A DNA stretch of 64,000 nt, from assembly GCA_963733055.1 (NCBI GenBank), contig CAVTBR010000001.1, forward strand, positions 1,440,001 through 1,504,000, in the 5' to 3' direction. The notes below the pieces were generated by a model. The model saw nothing but the letters and a program-made list of their open reading frames with translations, was not told the origin of the DNA and searched no databases. Shown here piece after piece: positions 50,209 to 60,277 of the stretch (positions within the stretch are counted from its first letter, which is position 1; the number at the start of each line of letters is the position of its first letter). Position numbers and translations under genes: made by a program. The stretch is from Candidatus Bathyarchaeota archaeon. GTDB lineage: Archaea; Thermoproteota; Bathyarchaeia; 40CM-2-53-6.

Positions 50209-50330
50209 ACGAAGAAGAGAGAAAACGCAGATTGCTCTGGATCATGATTGGCTTCTTAGTGCTAGTTGCAGGTGTTCTCATCTACGTCGCTAGGAGACTT
50301 CGTAGGCAGTCTGCTCAAAGATATGATTAA
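50205..50330 (+). CDS. unannotated 41-aa single-TM protein
   Basis: TTG overlaps the previous stop (TTGA); MNEEERKRRLLWIMIGFLVLVAGVLIYVARRLRRQSAQRYD. Confidence 0.6.
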   Translation: MNEEERKRRLLWIMIGFLVLVAGVLIYVARRLRRQSAQRYD

Positions 50331-50436
50331 CTTAAACGGTAACCGTTGAACGTCCTCACAGATCGCAGAATTCTAGATTCCCTCCTTGGAAGATGTGAGT
50401 CGTTTTCAGGCGGTCATCGATGCGGGGGGTGAGAGA

Positions 50437-52123
50437 TTATGGTAAAGTCACTGGTGAGAAAGACAAGGCGGGGTCCCCATAGAGGATCATTGCGGCCCAC
50501 GAAACGTCTCCCTCTCTTTTGCTTTCATTGAAAACCTTCTCTCTCGCAGCGCGCATTGCCTCCCCGACTGATACTCCTTCAATGATGTTCTCATAGAAGG
50601 TTGATGCTAACATGGCGGCCCGCGAATCCCGGACCTCCCACAGAGAACCGACGAAGCACATCACTCCTCCATCAATCAGAGTCTTGGCGAAATCCGCTTC
50701 GGATTTCTCAGATTTCTTGGATTTCTTAAGTTCTTGGCTTCCTTCACGTGCAGAGGAGCACGCGTTTCGCGAAAAATATCACTGGTGGATTCTCGCCGAG
50801 AGATTGCGCGATTTCGCTCCGGTAGCATGGAATCCAGCCCTCTCCGAACTCTTTGGGAAACATCAAGTAGCTATTCTCTGGCTTGTGAGCGTCAAAGTGG
50901 CCGTGACCTGCAAAGTGAACGACGTCAAAAACCCCAGTATCCAATGCTGAGAGGAATCTCATCTTCGTCGCTTCAGACTGTTCCCAGACTGTGATATCTA
51001 TCTTCGACCTCGTTCGACCACTCTTCAATGCACTTTCTATCAACTTGACCTCCGTGAGCGCCTCTGGGAGATTACTGGTAGGGTCGGCGATGAATAGGAG
51101 TTTGACTCTGTCTCTTTGAACTCTGGGTTTGGTCTTCTTAGCACCCTTGCCTAAAATTAGTCGGCCAATAGCATATCTAGTCCCAAGAAAATGTTCACCG
51201 TCGTTAAGCAGTTCCCAGGGCAAATGGAACAACTCTGGTGTCGCTGTTACGCGCAAGTGACCACTGCCTTGCTTGAGCTCTTCTCTGACTGTCTTCGGAA
51301 GAAGGAGGAACATGTCTTTGCCTACCTTTTCTAATCGCGAGAGCGCGTGGGGGTGAATTTGAGCATCGTGAAGACTTCGCACACCAGGATCAGAATAAGT
51401 GTGCAAGTGCAAATCTTGGAGTAGGACCTGCCATGTCTGTGGTTCAAGTCTGACATCTGCGGTGAATTGGTTGACCACGACATCAATTGTAGCAGTGGCT
51501 TCTGATCTCTGCAGCACTAGTGCGAAATTGTAGAGGGGCGCTTTTGCGGCAGGAGTGAGTGTGATATTTGTGACACTCAACGGTTGATGATCTGCTCCTA
51601 GCACGGTTATATCGGGGCGCGTTACCATGCTGCCAAGGTAATTCTGCGGGTTCTTTGAGACCTCTTCTAGCGCTTTGCAGAACCAATCCATTGTAGTTTG
51701 AACTGCTCGATCAATTCTGGCACGAAGTTTCTTGATCACCGTCTCAATGACAGGATTGGCATCCACTCTGGCGATTCCTCTGAGGATCATGTCACCACTC
51801 GCCATTTTCATCACGATATGGTCGACCTCCACCGCCCGAACGCTCCAAAGTCCGAGTTTTGCGTTTACAAGCCACTTAACAGTAAACTCACTCTCGGATT
51901 CCTCCGTAGCCAAATATCGAAAATCTACATGTATTCCTTCGAGTTCACACTCGAATCGTTTATCCTCAGGAGAGCCAATCGGCTTGAATCCTTTCGCTTC
52001 GCCGCAAGCGACGCCCGCCTTGTCCAAAATATCTAAACGACCGCGTCCCAGCACTTGCTTTGTAATGTCAAAATCTGCCTTCAGTTTGCGTGGTGTGTCA
52101 ACTAACGGGTACTTAGATCCCAA
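50437..52123 (-). CDS. second CHAT-domain protease, +1 frameshift just before the catalytic Cys
   Basis: LPWELL, FIADP, VHFAGHG. Removing one A near 50766 restores IFFANACSS and joins VGSLWEV.D..WAAMILYGDP. Confidence 0.85.
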
Positions 52124-52409
52124 GAGTGTGAGCCTGAACTATCCTAGCGATAGTTTGTATCCGGTTAGAAAGCTTTCTTTCCGTCATCCGCTTTCGGTTG
52201 TTTCAAGCTAGTCTCGTCTCTGAAAGAGAATAGATGCGACATTGAGGAGACAACGGCGAACACTATCAAAAACACTGCATCCCCAATACCAACTAAGGGA
52301 TTTCGAGTGGGAACTCTCGGAGGTAAACGAATCGGAGTGAGTGGTCGGTTGGTCTTGGATTATGGCTATGGACTCTGGCCTGGCTCTTCAACGTCAGAGA
52401 GGGTTTCTC

Positions 52410-52588
52410 CAAGAAAAGACGACATAATCCCACCACGAATGCACCTAGACCCTCTGCCCGACGGCAACTCGAAAGGGAAGGTAGTCACCACGGCAGACTT
52501 TGAGCAGATGCTCACAGAATACTACAACGTCTGGGGATGGGACGACCAAGGAAGCCCAAGGCGTCGACAATTCACGAACTCGGGCTAA
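52410..52588 (+). pseudogene. C-terminal fragment of aldehyde:ferredoxin oxidoreductase
   Basis: RKDDIIPPRM..DPLPDGNSKGKVV...FEQMLTEYYNVWGWDDQGSP. Confidence 0.75.
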
Positions 52589-52673
52589 CCGGATTGGTAA
52601 CATAACACTAGGTACGCTAATAACTGCAAGTCACTATCGCTAACTCCGCCTAGACGTCGATTCTTCATCCGCA

Positions 52674-54092
52674 TTAGTAGTTCTTGGGCACTCCGTACAA
52701 CTTACCCAGGAAGCTGGTGTCGATTGTTCGACTGGCGTACACGGCGAGGGCGAGGGACCAGAGTCGGTCGTCGTGGGTTCCGTCCGGGTGGCTGAATTGT
52801 AACTGGCCGGTTTTTGTTGTTTGGAAGGTTTCTACGTTGATTTCTGCGATTAGATCTGCGTCATAATATAGAGCGAGGCCTTTGGTCTGCATGAGTTGTT
52901 TCATGTGGCTGAGCATCTCCTGCTTGGACGGCAGGGTCAAGGTAATCCCTTCGATGGTAGATCGTATTCGGGCTTCTTTCATATCTTCGACTATATATTC
53001 TCCGACGCCAGTTTGATCGCAAAACGTCTTCTCGACTCTATTCAGTTTGTCGCAGATGATCTTCACATATCCGATTACGCTAGCGTAGGGTGTCTCGAGA
53101 TCAAAGCGGACTATTCCCGCTACCTTGACAAGGTCTTGGTCTAGCTGAACGACTGCGACCACCGAGTGGTCGTTGTGTTTGCCGAAATCGAGGCCGACGA
53201 AGTATCGGCCCATCTTTGCCCTAATAGTCTTGGTCCAGTCGTCGGTTAAGGGGCTCAGGTCGCTGTCGATGCATTGGGTGATTAGTTTCATGGGGAAGTA
53301 GGATGTTTGGTCGTCGACGAATTCGGCTAAGTATTCGCGTCGGTAGCGTTCAGCTGGCGTTCGTTTCTCCATCTCTTGAATGAACTCGCGCGTGGTCAGC
53401 CCAGCCTTGATTACGTCATCAATCGTCACCCTGTGCACTCTGAAGGTGGAATCTCGCGTGAACTTGTAGAAGACCGAGTCTTTGCTCCAGGGGGTTGAGC
53501 TTGCGATCAGCGTCCCATTGGTTGTTTGGAGCATAGGGAAGAGGACGTTGTAGAAGACGGTTTGGTCGTCGGCGAAGAATGAGGCTTCATCGGCGACGAG
53601 TAAGTTTGCCGCGTACCCCCGAAGCAAATTTACTGAGCAGGGTAGCGCGACGAGCTTCGAACCGTTCTTCAGGCTAATGGTGGTGCGTTTGATTTGTTGA
53701 AATCGTTCGCGGCGTCGTCGGGTGGGTATGAGTGAGATTTGTTCTTGGATGCGGTCCATTACGATCATTGATTGTCGGAGGCCGGGGGCGACTATGAGGC
53801 TGGTTGTGTTTGGGTTCGTGAGGGCGTAGTGGATCATGCGTATGGCGAGGGTGGTTGTCTTGCCGGATTGGCGGGGGAAGACGACGACGATTCGTTTGCT
53901 GGGGTCGGTTAGTAGTTTGGCTTGGTAGGGGGTCGGCTGGAAGCTTAGCCATTCGGTCGCGAATTTGACAGGGTCGGAGGGAACGGTTTCGGGTTTTGCG
54001 GCCGGTAGGTGACGGCTACGTTTCTCTGCTTCCTGAAGCGTTTTCTTGCCCTTTCTGATCAGTTTGTTTAAGCTGTTCTTTGAGCTGCTCAA
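52674..54092 (-). CDS. terminase large subunit
   Basis: PTPYQ, PRQSGKTT, LVADEA, SSTP, REYLAEF, GLDFG...D, DQTGVG, HDD. Confidence 0.92.
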   Translation of the reverse strand: MSSSKNSLNKLIRKGKKTLQEAEKRSRHLPAAKPETVPSDPVKFATEWLSFQPTPYQAKLLTDPSKRIVVVFPRQSGKTTTLAIRMIHYALTNPNTTSLIVAPGLRQSMIVMDRIQEQISLIPTRRRRERFQQIKRTTISLKNGSKLVALPCSVNLLRGYAANLLVADEASFFADDQTVFYNVLFPMLQTTNGTLIASSTPWSKDSVFYKFTRDSTFRVHRVTIDDVIKAGLTTREFIQEMEKRTPAERYRREYLAEFVDDQTSYFPMKLITQCIDSDLSPLTDDWTKTIRAKMGRYFVGLDFGKHNDHSVVAVVQLDQDLVKVAGIVRFDLETPYASVIGYVKIICDKLNRVEKTFCDQTGVGEYIVEDMKEARIRSTIEGITLTLPSKQEMLSHMKQLMQTKGLALYYDADLIAEINVETFQTTKTGQLQFSHPDGTHDDRLWSLALAVYASRTIDTSFLGKLYGVPKNY

Positions 54093-54703
54093 TTAGTTGA
54101 TTCAACTCGTCCACGTGGGGTTGGATGTAGGCTCGTTCGTAACCCGCTAAGATCGCTTCCCCTGCTCGCGATAGGGCGCTGGCGGCTTTCATGGCGTCTA
54201 TTCGGGACCCAGCCTTCTCCGCCAACGCCTCGTTCTCACTCAACTCCTGAGCCTCCTTCAACATGCCAACCACAATCCAGTACAGCCCCTCGCAGTTCCT
54301 TCACCGAGTCAACCCGTCGCGGCCGCGGGGGCTCCTTTTCCTCCTCTTCACGCCTCTCCTCCCGTTCCCCCGGGATTCGCACGGACCCCGCAATCCGCAC
54401 CCCACCCTCCGACCCTGGCATGGTCCCTTCCGCCGGAAGCACCGCTACCCTGAGCTGAAGCTGCTTCGACAACAAATCCAGCCGCCCAAGGGTGTGGCTC
54501 ACCCTTTGAGAGGGGGTGTGGCTCACCCTCTCAAACATCCACTCAGCCAAAACCTCACGCACAAGCTTCGCGACCGTGGTTCGGCGGGCCACAGCATACG
54601 CCTCAAGAAACCGTTTCAGCACCGGATCCATACGGGTTCTAACAAGCGGGTTACCCTTACCCGGCAGAGCAAGCCACCTCCAAACCTTCCGAAAGCACAT
54701 CAA
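54016..54703 (-). CDS. RHH N-terminus plus helical C-terminus, candidate small terminase; apparently frameshifted near 54273
   Basis: VRTRMDPVLKRFLEAYA..TTVAKLVREVLAEW. Two overlapping ORFs directly upstream of and overlapping terL. Confidence 0.5.
54490..54535. repeat. 16-bp direct repeat (24-bp period) interlocked with a 10-bp-stem hairpin
   Basis: GGGTGTGGCTCACCCT at 54490 and 54514; TTTGAGAGGG (54505) pairs with CCCTCTCAAA (54526). Confidence 0.85.
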
Positions 54704-54854
54704 TCAGCATAAGACTGGAGGAATCGAGGGATTAGATGGTGACGAGTTCCTCCCTGTTAGAGAGTGGTGAGGAAAACTATGCGACTAGAATGTGGGGGTT
54801 CTAGGGGTGGGGAATAATTATGGGATAGTACGCAGGTGCTGTTTCGTGTAGGGG

Positions 54855-56010
54855 ATGCTGCGTAAGCATTTTGTTTTGATGGTTGCTACATTATCTTTTG
54901 TCATGCTTGGTCTGGGGCTGTTTGGTTATCCGCCAATATCCAGGTACGTCATCCTGGATCTCAATCTCTCGCATACTGAGTCTGGGTATATCACTTCGGT
55001 CTTCGCGCTCACGTTCGCTTTGATGCAGGTGCCTGGCGGGTACTTGGCTGATAGGTTTGGGGGAGCCAAGACTCTCATGGTCTTCGCGGCGGTGGTGGGT
55101 GTGTCTCCCTTCATCTTCATCGTAGGGGATAGTTTTGTGATGGCCCTGGTCTTTCGTGCTCTGGCTGGCGGTGCGTGTGGTGTAACGTTTCCTTCCGCAG
55201 TTCGTGTCCTCTCATCCTGGTTCTCGGAGAGGGAGGTGGGTTCGGCTATGAGCGTTTTTGGGTTGGGTTATGGGATGTCCCAGATCGTTTCTTCCGCGTT
55301 CTTACCCTTACTGATTCTGGGCGCAGGATTGGAGGCCTCCCCTCATCTTTACCGCGCTGTTTTCTCTTCTCGTGATGGCGTTAGCCGTCTTTCCTGCTCG
55401 GTGGTCTTCTCCGATTGAGTCTTCGGTAAGTGTGAAGGTTGATGTTAGGGGGTTATTTACGCGTAATATGGTCGCTCTGGTTCTTCCTAATTTTGCCTCG
55501 CTCGCAGTAGTGGTGGGTATCTTTGCGTGGACGCCAGCATTTCTTACTTCGATTTTACATCTGTCGGATGAGTATGCTGGAATCATTCTGGGGTCGATCG
55601 GTGTGGCTAACATGTTGGGCGCCTATGCGGGCGGCTTGGCGAATAAGTGGTTGGGAAAGCGTCGGACCATTGCCCTGTCCATGATCCTAATGACGGGTTT
55701 CGCTGTGTTGTTGGGTACGGCAAATTCAGGTTTGGTTGCCGCGGTGTGGATTTCAGGCATTGGTTTCACGAGCATGTTGTATTTCGCAGCGGTCTTTGGC
55801 TTGATTCCTTACGCAGCGAAGCAGGGTCGTTCAGTAGCCGGCATAAGTTTTGGTGTCTTCAACATGTTGAGCAACATCGGGACCTTTGTCTCGCCAATTA
55901 TCGGGGGGTATATCTTAGACTCGACCGGGAATTTCTTCTTAGGATTTGCCTCAATAGGAAGCATCGGGGTTCTCGGAGTGCTCGGAGCAATAGTTCTCCG
56001 CACAGACTAG
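54855..56010 (+). CDS. MFS transporter, frameshift near 55326
   Basis: GGYLADRFG motif A; about 12 TM helices across two overlapping ORFs. Confidence 0.85.
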
Positions 56011-56036
56011 ATTTCTCGCTGTTGGAAGCCTTGCCT

Positions 56037-56621
56037 CTACGTAGTCTTGTCTGATTCGTATGTTATCAGGGTCTTTTCTTCAAGTGTGTCTTGCAGTTTT
56101 GAGATAGCTCTGTGAACCTCCGCCTCTTTCTTGGCGCCGGTACAAACGAGTTTTCCGCTTGAGAAGATTAGTATGACTGTTTTGGGGTCGTCCATTCGGT
56201 AGATAAGGCCGGGGAATTGTTCGGGTTCATACATGGTGCGTTTCAGTGAGTAGGTTGCCTTTTCCAAATCAATATGGCCGCCTAAACCTACCGACGCTAC
56301 CATATTCTGAATCTGAATCTCAGGCTTACCCAGAATGACGATCCCGTTACGGTTGAGCTCGTCCACAACCTTCATGACGGCCTTGCGAGCCTGCCGCTCC
56401 GACTTCGCCCCCGTGCAGACCATTTTACCCGAGCTGAAGATCAAGGTGGTGGCCTTCGGCTTCTTCAATCGATATACTAAACCAGGAAATTGTTCAGGCC
56501 GATACTCAACGCCAGGGAACACGCGCACAATAGAGTTCAGGTCAATATTCTGATGGAGCGTACCTGTCGCGACCACATTCTCGATGTTGATGAACGTTCT
56601 CCTTCCGACGCGAGATGCCAC
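56037..56621 (-). CDS. tbp: TATA-box binding protein
   Basis: Two repeats: IENVVA..YRPEQFPGL..LIFSSGKMVCTGAK and IQNMVA..YEPEQFPGL..LIFSSGKLVCTGAK. Confidence 0.98.
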   Translation of the reverse strand: MASRVGRRTFINIENVVATGTLHQNIDLNSIVRVFPGVEYRPEQFPGLVYRLKKPKATTLIFSSGKMVCTGAKSERQARKAVMKVVDELNRNGIVILGKPEIQIQNMVASVGLGGHIDLEKATYSLKRTMYEPEQFPGLIYRMDDPKTVILIFSSGKLVCTGAKKEAEVHRAISKLQDTLEEKTLITYESDKTT

Positions 56622-56651
56622 TCCAAAAACCCTTGATAAATGCCTGAAGGC

Positions 56652-56837
56652 TTACCACATATAAGCCCTAAGCCTAGAGAAGCCGAAGTCTTTGAATTCA
56701 GAATCCTCAACTAGACCGTCCATTAGATAATCGGTCTTTGTCTCCTCCTCGAGCAGTCGCATGGCGGTTCTGATGTCCAGCGGACAGCCGCACCGCGAGC
56801 AGAAAACACTAGCAAATGAATTTGACTCTTGACGAGG
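56652..56837 (-). pseudogene. C-terminal Zn-ribbon remnant of an archaeal tyrosine integrase
   Basis: Unlisted frame PRQESNSFASVFCSRCGCPLDIRTAMRLLEEETKTDYLMDGLVEDSEF, typical of archaeal integrase tails; adjoins a tRNA-end motif. Confidence 0.6.
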
Positions 56838-56857
56838 TTCCCGTCGTCGTGGTCTAA

Positions 56858-56882
56858 TGGCGCGGGGACCTGAAACCGAACC
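56858..56882 (-). other. degenerate tRNA 3'-end (att-like) motif
   Basis: Minus strand reads GG-TTCGGTT-TCAGG-TCCCCGC-G-CCA. Confidence 0.5.
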
Positions 56883-56948
56883 ATCCTCTTTGAGGCGTTT
56901 TAATGCTGACTTCCGGTTAGCCCATATTGGCGGAGTGGTATACGACCG

Positions 56949-57320
56949 GTGCTGATTTTCTTGGAGATTCCAGTTACAATCTACACGCTAAATCATCGAT
57001 TGATTTACGATTTACTTGGAGAGAGTAGGGGGAGGCTGGGGACGAGGAAGCAATTGACAGGTGACTTGGCTGTTAGGTACGACGGCGCCAAAATTAGAAC
57101 AGCTTTCGGACTCGCTGAAATGGTTCAGATAACGTTGATCGTTGCCGAGGATATCACTGATAGAGTTGGGGCGAGTCTTATCGTCGATTGGTTGCTCAAG
57201 AATCTTAACACGAAGGAAGCTCAAGTAACCAAATTAGAAATCGACAAGGTTGCCGTGGAACTTGACGAAGACGAGATCAAGAAAGTCGTGTTGGAGAAAA
57301 TCACAAAGACAAGCCAGTAA
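56949..57320 (+). CDS. hypothetical protein
   Basis: 123-aa ORF; start uncertain. Confidence 0.55.
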   Translation: MLIFLEIPVTIYTLNHRLIYDLLGESRGRLGTRKQLTGDLAVRYDGAKIRTAFGLAEMVQITLIVAEDITDRVGASLIVDWLLKNLNTKEAQVTKLEIDKVAVELDEDEIKKVVLEKITKTSQ

Positions 57321-57370
57321 ACTTTCTGCCTCTGACAACCGAGCAAAAGTAGATTAGTTTCTTCAGGAAA

Positions 57371-57556
57371 TTGGGTTTGGTTCTCAGCTTGTTTGTTGCT
57401 GTCTTCCTCATATCGATTGGCATCTACCCGTCCGCTGAAGGATTTTTGAACATCCTGTATTGGCGTCCTTCCCATCCGCCCTGGCTGTTCCAGGCCGGGA
57501 GAGTCCTGCGCGGGTTAATCGGCGTTAGCATGATGATTGTAGGTCTTATGCACTAA
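57371..57556 (+). CDS. small 2-TM protein
   Basis: Hydrophobic 61-aa ORF just upstream of the UbiA gene. Confidence 0.5.
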   Translation: MGLVLSLFVAVFLISIGIYPSAEGFLNILYWRPSHPPWLFQAGRVLRGLIGVSMMIVGLMH

Positions 57557-57567
57557 GGCGTCATCTA

Positions 57568-58470
57568 GTGGACAACGTCAAGGTTGGACTCGAGCGGTTC
57601 TATGAAGCAAATTATTTCGTGCGAAACGCGTTTGTGCGAATCGTAAGATTCCATGAGTACGGACCGTGCTACTTGGTTTCTGCCTTGGCTTGTGCATTCG
57701 TGGCCAGATTTCCTGTCGATAGCAAAATTCTGCCCGTGCTTTTCTTCGTTGCAGCCTCTTCCATTTTTGGTTTTGTGATTAACGACATTGCCGATGCAGG
57801 ACTTGACAAAAGAGCTGGCAAACCAAGGAACCCTGTAGCCTCGGGTGAATTGTCGGCGGCTGCGGCTTGGGCCTTCGTAGTAGTTCTCTTGGGCGTGGCG
57901 ACTCTATCCATCTATCTGCTTAATTTTCTGAATAGGTTGCTTGGGATCCTGGTGATTTTGCTGTTTGGTGGCTATTCTTTCGGTCTAAGGATAAAGGCTA
58001 GGCCTGGTCTTGATGTTGTCTCCCACGCTTCCTGGAATGCAACATATGGAGTAATGGCTTACTCCGTTTATCGTCCGCTTGATTTCGTGGGAGCGGGGCT
58101 GACGGGTATCCTCTTCCTATTGTCCATGTTGGCAGAGCTTGTCAATCAGATTAGAGATCATGATTCGGACAGAGACATGATAAGGACAACCGTGACGTTG
58201 ATTGGCAAGAAGAGAGCGCTGAAGGGATGTGTTGTACTCCTTTTCTTGGTCCTCGCGTTATTTGTCAGCGTTGTGTTAATTAGCGGACTTCCTTGGATTC
58301 TCCTCGCTTTCTCGCCCTCCATCATATTCCTTCTCGTGCCCATATTCGACGCACTGCGGTGTGAGCAAAAGGAGCAGGCACTAATGCCCTCGTTCGTGAT
58401 GAGGGGCACTGTAATCGGACTGCTCTTGTTCGTCACCTATGTCGCTGTAAAGATCGCCGGTGCCGGCTGA
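57568..58470 (+). CDS. UbiA-family prenyltransferase
   Basis: INDIADAGLDK..K.RNPVASG, YS, NQIRDHDSD..TT. Confidence 0.88.
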   Translation: MDNVKVGLERFYEANYFVRNAFVRIVRFHEYGPCYLVSALACAFVARFPVDSKILPVLFFVAASSIFGFVINDIADAGLDKRAGKPRNPVASGELSAAAAWAFVVVLLGVATLSIYLLNFLNRLLGILVILLFGGYSFGLRIKARPGLDVVSHASWNATYGVMAYSVYRPLDFVGAGLTGILFLLSMLAELVNQIRDHDSDRDMIRTTVTLIGKKRALKGCVVLLFLVLALFVSVVLISGLPWILLAFSPSIIFLLVPIFDALRCEQKEQALMPSFVMRGTVIGLLLFVTYVAVKIAGAG

Positions 58471-58631
58471 TTAGGTCAAATCGTCAAAATTGTGTGTGTG
58501 GTATAGTTGGTGCGCGTACACACACTTCGCCGCGCCCCTTCGTGGCGAAATGGTAGGATGTGTTTGCTCATTTTATGGTAGTATAGAAGTATAGGATACT
58601 GGTCGCTACAGTATTTCATGAATGCGCGGCG

Positions 58632-59942
58632 TCAGCGGCGCGAATGTCGATAGTTTGAAGGGCGGTGGTGCCTTGGGTATCGTGATCTTCCCGCAAATTC
58701 GCGACGAGTTTCACCAACAGATATCCATGGTTCCTCTCTCCCACCAGTGAATACGCCTGGGCCAGAGGTGAAGCTAAGTTGCTCAATGCGGTCGTCTGCC
58801 ATTGATTGTATTGCTCGAAAGTCGCTATTTTGCTCGGCGGATACTATCGTCACTGCGGTTCCCGTCTTGCCCGCTCGTCCAGTTCGGCCAATCCTGTGGA
58901 AGTAGGTATACGGGTTCTCAGGAACATCATAGTTGATAATGTGTGTAACTCCGTCAATATCCAAGCCTCTTCCAGCTAGGTCGGTGGCAACTAGGATACG
59001 GCTTTGACCGCTTCGAAACGCCTTCATTGCTCCATCGCGTTGATGTTGCGAGAGGTCACCGTTCAGCGCTGTTGCATCCTGATTTCTTCTCCGGAGTGAA
59101 TGGTTCAACCAAAATGTGTTCCGTTTGGTTCGACAGAAAACTATGGCACGATGCACTTCTTTGTCCTGCAGAATTCTCAGCAGCGCATCAAGTTTTCTTT
59201 CCCGGTCCACATGGTAATAGTATTGGCTGATCTCCCTGACGTTGAGATCCTCCGGTTCGATCAGAACTTCGCGAGGATTCTTCATATGTCTACGGGCAAG
59301 TTTCAGTACATCCTTGGGCATCGTTGCGGAGAAGAACGCGATTTGACGTTTACTTCTAGTCTTAGTTAGAATATGCTCAACGTCACGAATGAAACCCATG
59401 TCCAGCAACCTGTCAGCCTCATCCAAAACAACGTACTGGACTTTGTCAAGGTGAATGGATCCGCGTTCCATATGATCGATGACTCGCCCGGGAGTTCCAA
59501 CTATAATCTGTGGGCAATCCTCCAACGCGCGGATTTGAACATTAATTGATTGGCCACCATAGATCGCGAGGGCACGCTTGCGGGTGAATCTGCCATACGA
59601 GTTAATGTCGCGTGCTACTTGTACCGCAAGCTCGCGGGTTGGAACTAGCACCAGCGCCTGAATATTCAGATTCTTTTCGTCAACGATCTCTAGGAGCGGT
59701 AGCCCGAAGGCTGCGGTCTTTCCAGTTCCGGTATGGGCTTGACCAATCACATCGATTCCGTGCTGCAGAAGCGGAATCGTTGCTTCTTGGATCGGAAACT
59801 GTCGCTCGAACCCAAGTGCCTTGATAGCATCCAATATTTCTGGGCTTAAACCCAGTTTCTCGAAAGTACTCGTAGGTTTTTTCTCCTCATCTTCCACGTC
59901 GCGGGTCCAAGATCTAGACCGAAGACTGGTTCCGTCATTCAC
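58632..59942 (-). CDS. DEAD-box RNA helicase
   Basis: AHTGTGKT, PTRELA, TPGR, DEAD, SAT, HRIGRTGR. Confidence 0.97.
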   Translation of the reverse strand: MNDGTSLRSRSWTRDVEDEEKKPTSTFEKLGLSPEILDAIKALGFERQFPIQEATIPLLQHGIDVIGQAHTGTGKTAAFGLPLLEIVDEKNLNIQALVLVPTRELAVQVARDINSYGRFTRKRALAIYGGQSINVQIRALEDCPQIIVGTPGRVIDHMERGSIHLDKVQYVVLDEADRLLDMGFIRDVEHILTKTRSKRQIAFFSATMPKDVLKLARRHMKNPREVLIEPEDLNVREISQYYYHVDRERKLDALLRILQDKEVHRAIVFCRTKRNTFWLNHSLRRRNQDATALNGDLSQHQRDGAMKAFRSGQSRILVATDLAGRGLDIDGVTHIINYDVPENPYTYFHRIGRTGRAGKTGTAVTIVSAEQNSDFRAIQSMADDRIEQLSFTSGPGVFTGGREEPWISVGETRREFAGRSRYPRHHRPSNYRHSRR

Positions 59943-60277
59943 TTATCGTCGGAACGAGATTTCGGTTGTTTCCTCAGACTTCGGCGACTTCGATCAGTTG
60001 CAGCAAGAAGAAGAACATGCGGTCAATCGTTGCAAATGACTCGTACCTCTCGTTCTCGACAACCAACTTTGTGCATTCTCGCCTTGGTTCAATATAAGGA
60101 TGGATTGGGATAGAAAGTAATGCCTTCTCTATGTCTCAGCCAGTACCACGGTAACATGTTCAAACGCTGGTGACGCTCGAATAAATTGAGTCCTCCTTGT
60201 TCACGGCCCCGCTATTCCAACGCATAGGTTAATCCATCTTAGCAGGGTTCGAATCGACGAGTAGGATCGGATCAGAA

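Noticed and set aside
40700-54770. Complete provirus
   Set aside because: No capsid, portal, tail, replication gene or intact integrase recognised; only the terminase is clearly viral.
58490-58550. TG-rich hairpin and TGGTGCG as an additional att-like motif
   Set aside because: The T-loop match is too poor; more simply a terminator region between convergent genes.
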